A stretch of DNA of 64,000 bases from Mobula hypostoma. Its lineage: Eukaryota. Under the pieces are notes generated by a model. That model worked only from the letters and a program-made list of their open reading frames with translations. It was not told the origin of the DNA and did not search any database. The stretch lies in contig NC_086105.1 in assembly GCF_963921235.1 (NCBI RefSeq), positions 50,096,001 through 50,160,000 on the forward strand, written 5' to 3'. Each line of letters starts with the position of its first letter. The first letter of the stretch is position 1. Shown one piece after another: positions 1 through 11,101 of this stretch. The translations under genes were made by a program, and so were the position numbers.

Positions 1-284
1 TTTCAGAATGAATTCCTACAGACTTTCCTTTCCCAAAAGACTACACATGAGGGGGCAAAAAAAAATTAAAATCTAGACACTGGCTTGAAGGATATGGTAT
101 TTTTGTTTTGTACCTTCAAAAGGTCCTTTCTCTCCACCAGAAGGGGAAACTGAGTTAACCAACTGTGTTTTATTGTAAATGCAGGGCATTCAATGGCTTG
201 CAGTAACATTACTAGGACAGCAATGTGCTGAGGGTATGCTGCCGGCATGAACTGCTAATGCTGTGTGACGGGAGAGCACGTTAA

Positions 285-620
285 AGCTCTTTACGTACAG
301 CAACTATTTCCATTTGTCTAGCACTTTGTATAACATTCCAAGCTGCTGTGCGGGAGCATTATCAAACAAATTATAGTGCCCAGCCAGGCTATTGGAGCTG
401 ATGACCGAAAGTTTGTTCAAAGAGGTTTAAATGAGCATCTGAGAGAGCTGAAGAAATTGAGGGGGATTGACGGACAGCAGGTGTAAGCAATGAAGTAGTG
501 ATCAAATTCAAGGATCATATCAGGTCAGGAGGGCAGAATATCTCAAAGAACTATAGGCTGGAGGAGATTAAAGACATCATGGAGAGATTTGTAAATGTGG
601 GAGAGGACTGTTAAAATGAA
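285..620 (-). mobile_element. Degenerate L2-type LINE 3' fragment
   Basis: Recalled resemblance to old L2 3' ends; no ORF; boundaries approximate. Confidence 0.35.
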
Positions 621-963
621 GCTTTAGCGTAGGCTTTTCTTTACACATGGAACAAATTGCCCATTCAAACTGTGATGGTTTAGGGAAAGCACTAGAGGCC
701 TATGGAGTATTGAGTTTCCAAAGCACAGCATAGAGTTCGCTACCGACTTCCTTCCCACTGTGGTCTCCCGAAAATAATTCTCATCTTCATTGGCAAGGGA
801 GGGGAGAATTTCCCAATTTCTGGTCACCGCAAGAGGTTTCCCCGCTTTCATTCGCCTCGGAATTTCCAGGGAGAGGGAACTTGTGGTGTTAAACTTTGTT
901 GCAAAGTCTTGCATTTATTTGGCACCTTTCAAGGCAATACGATATTTCAATAAACTTAAGTTG

Positions 964-1000
964 AGCCCTGATGAAGGATCTCTGCCCAAAAAGTCGACTG
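964..1000 (+). mobile_element. Degenerate hammerhead-like remnant of a Penelope-like tail
   Basis: CTGATGA-AGGATCTCTGCCC-AAAAAGTCGACT resembles the intact motif at 41144-41179, but GAAAC is mutated. Confidence 0.45.
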
Positions 1001-1569
1001 CATTTTGTGTATGTTATTTCACTCATCTTCACCTAATAAATTAGCTTTAAATGCAATCAGATTTATAATACAGGGACCCAAACCACTCAATTAATATAGT
1101 CTCATTTAACAGTTGGTTTAAGATTAAGATATAGCATCCAGCGACTTCAGCATATCCTAGAATGCTTCACAGCCAGTTAAAGATGTAAGAATGCGACAGC
1201 ACATTTCCACAGATCAAGACCCCATAATCCTGAGATGACCACGAACAAATGGCCCACTTCTGCAAGATGAGATGGGCTCCTCTTCAGTCATCGTGCATCT
1301 ATCCACAGGACAGATAACCTTCTCCACAGACACAGCAACACTCCCTCTGCATTACACTAGAGCAGTGATTCCCAGTGGGGGTGGTTGCGTGTCCTAATGA
1401 GGCATTAGCAGAAATAGAAGTTGTCGGGAGCCGTTCAAGATTCTTTTGGGGGAGGGCCGGGGGGTTAAGTGGCAGCCTAACTTGCAGCACGAAACCTGAC
1501 TGACCATGTCAACATCTGATAGGCATTCCCAATTTGTATTAATTTTTTTATTTTAATTTAGCACCATTA

Positions 1570-3399
1570 ATGATTGATAACTACATATGGCGTGATCTCT
1601 CGGAGTCCAAAGGCAGAGAATCATTGAATTCTAATTCTGCTAAGAAACAGAAACTACAGAAAGTGTGTCAATACAATGTTACAGTATGGGTTTATTCCGC
1701 TTCCGCCAGATCCACAACACTCCATGTGTCTTACTTGTAATAGTGTACTGTCTAAGGAAGCCATGAAACCAAAGTTGCGGGAACACTTCCGTAAAAGGCA
1801 CCCTGAAAAGGCTACTTATAATATTACTCCATTCAGGAGATGAGAGAAGCATTTGAAAAGTGTGGTACACACTTGAGTCATTTGCCAAGAAAGCTAAAAA
1901 TGACCTTGATAGTGGTCTCATTGCTCCTTATAACATTTCCAAAATGATAGCAAAGTGTGGAAAATCTCATACAATCGGTGAAAGATTAATAATGTCTGCT
2001 GTATCATAAGTGCTCACCACTGTTCTCAAAATGGATACCAGTAATTTAAAATCAATTCCTCTGAGTAATAACACTGTAGCTTGTCGTATTGACGAAATGA
2101 GTAAAGACACTGAGTATCAACAATATACAGAGCTACAAAAAACAGAATTTGGGATACAACTGGATGAATCAACTGTGCAAGACAATGAAGCATTGTTAAT
2201 TCCATGCGTATGGTTTATCAAAAATTATAAAGTTTATGAAGAGATTCTCTTTTGTAAGAAGTTAAAAACAAATATCAACGGAGAATCAATCTATGAAGGG
2301 CCCAAAATATATACTGAGGATAAAAGTATTCCGATTAGGAATGTGATTTCTTGCGCAACAGATGGAGCACCATATATGACAGGTCGCCATGCTGGTTTAG
2401 TGGCATTTATGAAAGAAGAAATTCCAAGTCTGTTTGCAATCTATTATGTAATTCATCATCAACATCTGGCAGCCAAAAACCACAGCCAGTCACTTTCTTC
2501 AAGCATGACTCTTGTAGTATCTGCTATCAACAAATTAAAGCTCATCCATTAAATAGCAAAATATTTCACCAGTTATACCAAGATAACCATGAAGAGTTTG
2601 AACGCTTGCCTCTTCACACCGAAGTGTGTTGGCTGTCAAAAGGCTGCCGCTTAAAAGGTTTCTCTGATCTTTTTGAGACTTGTTGAATTTTTGCTCAAAG
2701 TTGACAAGAGCTTGGGAAACAAGATTGAACTTGTACGTGGAGATGTGGCATACTTTGCCAATCTGTATGTCAAAATGAACATTTTAAATATGAAGCTGCA
2801 GGGTGAGAATTTCAAGTTAATCAGGCAAAAGTATAGTGTCCACTTTTATCAGAAAATTGGAAATATATAAGCAAAGTATTGGGTGAAGAATGTTCTCACA
2901 GTTTCCCTGCATGGAAAGTATGGCATTCTCTTTCACAGATGGCGATTTGCAAGAGTACTGCTTACAGCTGCAGTCACTGAAGAAGGGTTTTCAGAATCGA
3001 TTCAAGGATTTGAATGATCTGGAAATTCTGGACCGGGTAATTAACCCATTTCTTTGCAAGGTGGAAGAACAGGAAGAGAACTTGCAAGAAGGAATTAATG
3101 AAATTCAGAATGTAGAAGAAGCAAAAATGCTTTTCAAAAATGTCGGCTTTTGTGCTATGGGGTTCGACTGTCATACCAAGTTTCCTGGTCTTCGGAGAAG
3201 AGCCAAACTGCTCTTCATTGCATTTCCATCCTCCTACCTTGTTGAAAGAAACTACAGTGAAGTGAACCACATACTCTCAAAAAAAAAACAAACCGTTTGG
3301 ACATTGTTACGCATGGAGACTTGAGGCTTTTGCCGTCACAACTTGAACCAGATATTTCACCACTTGCTAAAAAACCATCAAGCTCAAGGATCACATTGA
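1570..3399 (+). pseudogene. Disrupted hAT transposase (ZBED5/ZBED8/SCAND3/GTF2IRD2-like family)
   Basis: ORF pieces 2010-2552, 2351-2686, 2673-2870, 2890-3324 carry GIQLDEST, ATDGAP, HQHLAAK, TEVCWLSKG and FPSSYLVER motifs, split by frameshifts and stops. Confidence 0.9.
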
Positions 3400-3539
3400 T
3401 ATTGAAACTGCTGTACAGTGCACAGGTACCGTGTAAACTAGATTTAAAAGCATAAAAATTTAAAGCAGAATCATTTTTCTCATGTTAGCATATGGTAGAC
3501 ATGATTTTACACTATGGGGGCGCCAGAAAGTACATTGTA

Positions 3540-4165
3540 AGGCGGGAGGAGACAGGCAGTGCATCGTGCGCATGCGCAGCCCTCCTGTGAAAATGATATC
3601 GTATCTGTTAAATAGGGGCCGTGGACAATTCTGATTTGATGGAGAATGGACGTGAAAGCACAGAGAAACATCTGGAGAAATTTCTGAAACGCTCGTTCGC
3701 TGCTGTCAATACTGTGTGGTCGGGAATCTTTCGGAGGGCAGGCCTCAAAATCCCTGGCTTTGCCTGCTGTTGGCGACCGAGATGGAGGTTGAATCGTTTG
3801 GATAGAGACGGCACTCAGTACTCGGTGTCGGAGAGCTGATCAGAGCTCGAAGTTTTCGGATGACTCAGAGTCGGATTGTGGTCGGCATGGCAGGGAGAGT
3901 TTTTCTTCCTTCTCCCGTCTGCGTGAGATGTGGGACATTTGAGAGACTTCGAACTTTTATTGTGCTCATGGACTTCTTCATCAAGTTATGGTATTGTTGC
4001 ACTGTTGTAACTATATGTTATAATTATGTGGTCTTGTCAGTTTTTCAGTCTTGGTCTGTCTTGTATTTTGTGATAGCACACCGGAGGAAATATTGTATCA
4101 TTTCTTCATGCATGCATTACTAAATGACAATAAAAGAGGACTACGTGTCTTCATAATCTAATCTA
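3540..4165 (+). mobile_element. Non-coding SINE-like retroelement nested in the hAT element
   Basis: Close second copy at 46732-47264; ends in AATAAA followed by an (AATCT)n tail; no credible ORF. Confidence 0.75.
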
Positions 4166-4377
4166 TAGGGGTGCTGGCAAGTATGAAGGTGCTTTGGGGG
4201 GTGTTAGGTTAAAATAGGTTGGGAAACACTGCACTAGAGATTACACTCTTCTCTAGAACACAACCCAAACCCACAAGCTTCCAACGGAAACACAATGCTG
4301 ACAACCTAACGGTACTGATTGTTGTGTTAATTCAGCAAACTCACTGGACCAAGCTTCTACTCTTCCTGGCCCTTGTT

Positions 4378-4810
4378 TCAGAATCAGGTTTATCATCACT
4401 GACATATGACGAGAAACTTGTTTCGTAGCAGCAGTGTAGTACAAGACCTTAAAATTACTATTAAAATACAATAAGTACATGAGTATTGTGCAAGTGTGAA
4501 GTAGCATTCATGCACTGTTCAGAACTCTGACGGTGGAGGAGAGGAAGCTGTTCCTAAAACACTGAATGTTCATCTTCGGACTCCTGTACATATACCCTGA
4601 TGGTAGCAATGAAAAAAGGGCATGTATCAGATAGTGAAGTTCCTCAATGATGAATGCCACTTCCTTGAGGTGCTGCTTTATGAAGACGTCCTCGATGGTG
4701 AGCAGAGTCATGTCTGTGTTGGAGCTGGTTGAGTCGATACCCTCTGCAGTCTTTTACAATCCTGTGCATTGGCGCCTCCACACCAGGCAGTGATATAACC
4801 AACTTTCTTC
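4378..4810 (-). mobile_element. LINE 3' fragment, Rex-Babar/L2 group with DUF1891-like C-terminus
   Basis: HALFSLLPSG and FRNSF motifs in ORF 4508-4711; 3' tail AAACCTGATTCTGA on the minus strand. Confidence 0.7.
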
Positions 4811-5120
4811 AGTGCACAGACTGTGTCCACAACAATGCTGGTAACCCAGCCATGCTGATACCGCTGTGTTCATTAAGTAGGCTCGCAGGACCAAGCCGCT
4901 CTCTTCCTCACCTTTGTTTCACAAGTTCAATGCCCCCAGTGTTGAATACATTTCCCTCGGAGAAGGAGGGATCACCCAAAGATCCGATCCACTCACCGAA
5001 TTCAGAATCTGAATCAGGTTTAATATCACTGGCATACGCTGTGAAATTTGTTGTTTTTCCTGTGGCAGCAGAACACTGCAATACGTATTTTAAAAACCTA
5101 TAAATTACAATAACTATATA

Positions 5121-5192
5121 CGGTCCTGTGCTAAAGTCTTAAGCACATACTGTATATATAGCTAGGGTGCCCAAGACTTTTGCACTGTACTG
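5121..5192. mobile_element. ~70-bp Tc1/mariner-type MITE (left unit of composite)
   Basis: Fold-back with consensus CAGTACTGTGCAAAAGTCTTAGGCAC ends; TA at 5119-5120 and 5193-5194. Confidence 0.8.
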
Positions 5193-5289
5193 TATTTTAT
5201 GTCTTTCCAGTTACCAAATAACATTTAATAATACTGAGCTAATACTCTTAGTTCTGTTTCCCAACCAGATTCCCATTTTAACCAATATA

Positions 5290-5357
5290 CAGAACTGTGC
5301 AAAAATCTTAAGACACACCAGCCATACACATGTCTCCAAGACATTTGCACAGTTCTG
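5290..5357. mobile_element. ~70-bp Tc1/mariner-type MITE (right unit of composite)
   Basis: CAGAACTGTGCAAA...TTTGCACAGTTCTG inverted ends flanked by TA on both sides. Confidence 0.8.
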
Positions 5358-6387
5358 TACATGTAAAATTAAATTAAATAAGCAGTGCAAAAAGAGGGGA
5401 AAATACTGAGGTACTATTCGTGGGTTCTTTGTTCATTCAGAAATCTGATGGCAGAGGGAAAGAAGCTCTTCCTAAAATGTTGAGTGGGTGTGCCTCCTCC
5501 TTGATGGTAGCAATGAGAAGAGGGCATGTCCAGGGTGCTGGTCCTTAATGATGGACGCTATCTTTTTGAAGCACCGCCTTTTGAAGGTGTTCTGGAAGCT
5601 GCGGAGGCTGGTGGCCACGGTGAAGCTGGCTGAGTTCACAATGTTCCGCAGCTTCTTCCGACCCTTCATACCAGACGGTGATGCAACTAATTCGAATGCT
5701 CTCCACTGCACATCTATAGAAATTTGAGAGTGTCTTTGGTGACGTACCAAATCTCCTCAAAGTCCTAATGAAATATTGCCGCTGTTGTGCCTTCTATGTA
5801 ATTGTACTAAGATGTTGGCCCCACGATACACGCTCAGAGATGCTGACACCCAGGAATTTGAAACTGCTCGTCTTTTCCACTTCTGATCCATTGATCAGGA
5901 CCGAAGTGTGTTCCCTCGACTTCCCCTCTCTGAAATCCATAATCAATTCTTCGGTCTTACTGACTACAAGTGCAAGTTTGTTGCTGTGACGTCACTCAAC
6001 TAGCCAATCTATATCACTCTCGCACCTCCTTGTCACCAAGTGAAATTCTGCCAACAATAGTTGTGTCATGGGCAGATTTTGTAGATGGTGTTTGAGCTGT
6101 GCCTAGCCACGCAATCATGGGTGTAGAGAGGGTAGAGCTATGGGGTAAGCATGCATCCGTGAAGTGCACCAATGTTGACTGTCAACGAGGAAGAGATGTT
6201 ATTTCCAATCCACGCAGACTGTGACCTCCCAGAGAGTAAGCCAAGCATCTGGTTGCAGATGGAGGTACACATTTCTAATCAACTAGCTCCAAAACCTGGG
6301 TCTGAGGGTATGATTGTGTTGAATACTGAGCTGTAGTCAATAAACGGCCCTTTGATCACATGTGACCATGCAAACCATCATTTAGAA

Positions 6388-6468
6388 CAGGGGCTCCTAA
6401 CCTTTTTTTATGCCATGGTCCAATACCATTAAGCAAGGGGTCTGTGGACCTCATTTTGGGAACTCCTA
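6388..6468. mobile_element. hAT-Charlie type MITE
   Basis: CAGGGGCTCCTAA / TTGGGAACTCCT ends; flanks ATTTAGAA and ATTTAAAC match 6 of 8 with central TA. Confidence 0.6.
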
Positions 6469-6549
6469 ATTTAAACTAGCCCAAAGCAAATCCCTCACTA
6501 CACTTTCCATATTCTCCTCATCAGCCCACAAAGATTCCAGAACTTGCCT

Positions 6550-6722
6550 ACTTAACAGGGGCAATTTACTGCGACCAATTCACCTATCAACCGATAAGCC
6601 TTTGTGATTTGGGAGAAAGCACACAGACACAAGGAGGACGTGCAAGTTCCACAGTCAGCACCGAAGGTTGGGACTGAACCCGGGATGCTGGGGCAATGAG
6701 GCAGTGGCTCTATCAGCCGCAC
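6550..6722 (-). mobile_element. tRNA-derived V-domain (HE1-like) SINE fragment
   Basis: Minus strand shows a GGTTCAGTCC B-box followed by a GGAACTTGCACGTCCTCC V-domain-like core. Confidence 0.6.
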
Positions 6723-7384
6723 GGGACTAATCAAACAGTAAACTGAAGAAACTTTAAAACCACAGCCTATCTGTGACTTTGCGTCCTTACCCTGCCAGGC
6801 AGTCTGGCTTACCACGGGGTCTTCACCATCAACTGACTCGTTTCGTTCTGCGCACCAACAACTTTCTAGCTAAAAGGCCCGGGTTTGACACCGGTCTTGG
6901 TGTAAAAAGTGTCTTGGCTGATTTCACTCGCAAGTGGTCTGGCCATAGCTTAATTAGCCCTTCTTTCCTAGATTTCCCAGGAGGAAAAAGATGAACTGTA
7001 TCCACCTTATCAAACCCCTTCATCTCCAATCCCCTAGGAATGATATCGAAAGCAGACAGCAGCAGAAAGCAAGGAAAACAGATGGAATTTGGCTTCCAGC
7101 ATAAAATTATTAGGTACAGCCATTTTAAACCTGTTGTTGAGATGCTTCTATTAATTCTTATTAAATATCATAACCTCAAGCTTACAGAAAGTCACTTTTT
7201 TAATATTAAATTTGCAATATTCTTAAATTGAGACTCAGATTCATTAAACCACAGACCACATTTGCTGGTCTGATTAGAACTTGCTCTTAAATCGCAGACG
7301 TGGTATTTGTCTTCCCCAGCTCTGTCCCATCACTCTCTATCCCCTCTGCATTCTTATTCCCCCCCAAGATTCTACCATTCACCT

Positions 7385-7580
7385 ACAGGGCACCCCTGGG
7401 AAAACTTAGAGTGGCCAATGCACCTAACAACCCATACGCCTTTGCAATTTGCAAGGAAACTCACATGGTCACAGGCAGAAAAGTGAACCGCACACAGTCA
7501 GCACCCAAGGGTCAGGACTGAACTCGAGCAGCTGGAATGTTGAGGCAGTTATGAAGGTATGAGCTAGTTTTCCAGCGCAC
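7385..7580 (-). mobile_element. tRNA-derived V-domain (HE1-like) SINE fragment
   Basis: Similar to 6550-6722; B-box-like GAGTTCAGTCC on the minus strand. Confidence 0.55.
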
Positions 7581-7988
7581 CAATCTCTCCCCAGTACCCA
7601 AGTAGCATACTACGTTTATGAAAGGCACCCTAGGAAGGTCATTCAAGTGAGGAGGTAGACAACATGCCAAACTCCAACCCTGAACCTCATTTAACAACCA
7701 TCCCATTTACATCAGTAAGAAGGAAGATCCTTCAGGGCTTCTAGGTTTCGACCCTTCACAGTGACCTCAAGCTGTGGGGACAAGCAAGGTCTGAGTCAGG
7801 TTAACCCGTGGCACAGTCAACATTAGCCAGCTCGGCCAACAACTTTGGAATAAACATCCAAACCCTTGGAAGGTGCCCCAAGGACTCTCACCCATCAGGA
7901 ATTGGAGCCAAGGCAGAGTTGCTGGATAACTGGGTCACAAGGAGCAAAGAGTCAAACTGATGTTAGAATAGTTAAGATGTTGGCACTA

Positions 7989-8040
7989 CAGTTTTAGGCA
8001 CATATGTAGCTAGGGTGCCTATGACTTTTGCACAGTACTG
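7989..8040. mobile_element. Solo Tc1-type MITE, left TIR partly deleted
   Basis: Right end GTGCCTATGACTTTTGCACAGTACTG; TA on both sides; splits a CR1 tail (TTGGCAC-TA-CTTCATGGGCTGAAGGGCC). Confidence 0.75.
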
Positions 8041-8077
8041 TACTTCATGGGCTGAAGGGCCTGTACTGTTCCATATA

Positions 8078-11000
8078 AAGGAGGATAGTAAAAGCTTCTT
8101 TAGGTATGTGAAAAGGAAAAAAAATAGTTAAGACCAAAACTGGGCCCTTGAAGACAGAAACGGGTGAATTTATTACAGGGAACAAGGAAATGGCAGATGA
8201 GTTGAACAGGTACTTTGGACCTCAATCTCCCAGGGTATAATAATGGCCAAAGGACCTAGGGTAACGGATGAACTGAAGGAAATTTATATTAGGCAGAAAA
8301 TGGTGTTGGATAGACTGTTGGATCTGAAGGCTGGTAAGTCCCCGGGACCTGATGGTCTGCATCCCAGGATACTTAAGGAAGTGGCTTTAGACATCGTGGA
8401 CACATTGGTAATCATTTTCCAATGTTCTATAGATTCAGGATCAGTTCCTGTGGATTGGAGGGTAGCTAATGTTGTCCCACTCTTCAAGAAGGGAGGAAGA
8501 GAGAAAACAGGGAATTATAGACCGGTTAGCCTGACGTCGGTGGTGGGAAAGATGCTGGAATCAATTATAAAAGATGAAATTACGACACATCTGGATAGCA
8601 GTAACAGGATCGGCCCGAGTCAGCATGGATTTACGAAGGGGAAATCGTGCTTGACTAATCTTCTGGAATTTTTTTGAGGATGTAACTATGAAAGTGGACA
8701 AGGGAGAGCCAGTGGATGTAGTGTACCTGGACTTTCAGAAAGCCTTGATAAAGTCCCACATAGTAGATTAGTGGGCAAAATTAGGGCACATGGTATTGGG
8801 GGCAGATTACTGACATAGATTGAAAATTGGCTGGCTGACAGAAAACAAAGAGTAGCGATTAATGGGTCCCTTTCGGAATGGCAGGCGGTGACCAGTGGGA
8901 TACCGCAGGGTTCAGTGCAGGGATTGCAGTTGTTTACAATATATATTCATGATTTAGATGAGGGAATTAGAAGTAACATTAGCAAGTTTGCCGATGACAC
9001 AAAGCTGGGTGAGTGGGCAGATGCAGTTTAATGTGGATAAATGTGAGGTTATCCACTTTGGTGGTAGGAACAGAAAGGCAGATTACTATCTAAATGTAGT
9101 CAAGATAGGAAATAGACAATAGACAATAGGTGCAGAAGTAGACCATTCGACCCTTCGAGCCTGCACCGCCATTCTGAGATCATGGCTGATCATCTACTAT
9201 CAATACCCGGTTCCTGCCTTGTCCCCATAACCCTTGATTCCCCTATCCATAAGATACCTATCTAGCTCCTTCTTGAAAGCATCCAGAGAATTGGCCTCCA
9301 TTGCCTTCTTAGGCAGCGCATTCCACACCTCCACAACTCTCTGGGAGAAGTTGTTCCTCCTCAAGTCTGTCCTAAATGACCTACCCCTTGTTCTTAAACC
9401 ATGCCCCCTGGTACTGGACTCTCCCAGTATCTGGAATATACTTCCTGCCTCTATCTCGTCCAATCCCTTAATAATCTTATATGTCTCAATCAGATCCCCC
9501 CTCAATCTCTTTAATTCCAGCGTGTACAAGCCCAGCCTCTCTAACCTCTCTGCGTAAGACAGTCCAGACATCCCAGGAATTAACCTAGTGAACCTATGCT
9601 GCACCTCCTCCACAGCCAGGATGTCCTTCCTTAACCCTGGAGACCAAAACTGCACACAATACTCCAGGTGTGGTCTCACCAGGGCCTTGTACAAATGCAA
9701 AAGGATTTCCTTGCTCTTGTACTCAATTCCCTTTGTAATAAAGGCCAACATTCCATTAGCCTTCTTCACTGCCTGCTGCACTTGCTCATTCACCTTCAGA
9801 GATTGATGAACAAGTACTCCTAGATCTCTTTGTATTTCTCCCTTACCTAACTCCACACCATTCAGATAATAATCTGCCTTCCTGTTCTTGCTCCTAAAGT
9901 GAATAAGCTCACACTTATTCACATTAAACGCCATCTGCCAAGTTTCTGCCCACTCACCCAGCCAATCCAAGTCACCTTGAATTCTCCTAACATCCTCATC
10001 ACATGTCACACTGCCACCCGGCTTAGTATCATCAGCAAACTTGCTGATGTTATTCACAATGCCCTCCTCTAAATCACTGATGTAAATCGTAAACAGCTGT
10101 GGTCCCAATACCGAGCCCTGTGGCACCCCACTAGTCACCACCTGCCATTCCGAGAAACACCCATTCACTGCTACCCTTTGCTTTCTATCTCCCAACCAGT
10201 TTTCTATCCATGTCAATATCCTCCCCCCAATGCTATGAGCTCTGAATTTACCCACCAGTCTCCTATGTGGTACCTTATCAAATGTCTCCTGAAAGTCAAG
10301 GTACACCACATCCACCGAATCTCCCGCGTCTATCTTTCTGGTTACATCCTCGAAAAACTCCAATAGATTAGTCAAGTACAACGAGATCTAGGTGTTCTTG
10401 TACATCAGTCACTGAAAGCAAGCATGTAAGTATAGCAGGCTGTGAAGAAAGCTAATGGCATGCTGGCCTTCATAACAAGGGGAATTGAGTATAAGAGCAA
10501 AGAGGTCCTTCTGCAGCTGTACAGGGTCCTGGTGAGACCACACCTGGAGTACTGTGTACAGTTTTGGTCTCCAAATTTGGGGAAGGGCATTCTTGCTATT
10601 GAGGGAGTGCAGCGTAGGTCCACAAGGTTAATTCCTGGGATGGCGGGACTGTCATATGTCGAAAGATTGGAGCGACTGGGCTTGTATACTCTGGAATTTA
10701 GAAGGCTGAGAGGGGATCTTACTGAAACATGTAAGATTATTAAGGGATTTGACATGCTGGAGGCAGGAAGCATGTTCCCGCTGATGGGTGAGTCCAGAAC
10801 CAGAGGCCACAGTTTAAAAATAAGGGGTAGGCCATTTAGAACGGAGTCGAGGAAAAACTTTTTCACCCAGAGAGTGGTGGATGTATGGAATGCTCTGCCC
10901 CAGAAGGCTGCGGAGGCCAAGTCTCTGGATGTTTTCAAGAAAGAGATGGATAGAGCTCTTAAAGACAGCTGAATCAAAGGTTATGGGGATAAGGCAGGAA

Positions 11001-11101
11001 CTGGATACTGATTGTGGATGATCAGCCATGATCACAGTGAATGGCGGTGCTGGCTCAAAGGGCCGAATGGCCTACTCCTGCACCTATTGTCAATTGTCTA
11101 T
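8078..11101 (+). mobile_element. 5'-truncated CR1 LINE (ORF2 RT region to 3' tail), interrupted at ~9112-10374
   Basis: KSPGPDG, NYRPVSLTSVVGK, QHGF and FADD motifs; resumes at 10375 with LVRPHLEYCVQFWSP; CTATTGTC-type repeat tail near 11085-11101. Confidence 0.92.
9112..10374 (-). mobile_element. 5'-truncated CR1 LINE inserted antisense into another CR1
   Basis: Open frame 9200-10381 with YLDF, GVPQGSVLGP, KFADD and the CR1 C-terminus; (ATTGTCT)n tail at 9112-9128. Confidence 0.93.

Larger units (their letters stand above)
1363..4231 (+). mobile_element. hAT DNA transposon, Buster/Charlie group, complete ends
   Basis: Left end CAGTGATTCCCA; right end reads CAGTGTTTCCCA on the minus strand. 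Perfect 8-bp TSD CACTAGAG at 1355-1362 and 4232-4239 with the central TA typical of Buster elements. Confidence 0.93.
5000..6345 (-). mobile_element. LINE 3' portion, Rex-Babar/L2 group (RT end plus DUF1891-like domain), interrupted by a MITE block
   Basis: RRFGTSPKTLSNFYRCAVES and KDQHPGHALFSLLPS motifs; GATTCAGATTCTGA-type tail near 5000-5015. Confidence 0.8.

Noticed and set aside
2010-3324. Domesticated host gene such as ZBED8, SCAND3 or GTF2IRD2
   Set aside because: Multiple frameshifts and stops, and it lies between intact TIRs with a TSD, so it is a transposon copy.
6811-6867. Possible 57-nt minus-strand exon (TTTTAG ... GTG|GTAAGC)
   Set aside because: Very short polypyrimidine tract and unrecognised peptide; not enough support without RNA data.
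9112-11101. Twin-priming inversion of a single CR1
   Set aside because: The inverted and forward parts overlap in consensus position, each has its own 3' tail, and they are clearly diverged, so they are two insertions.
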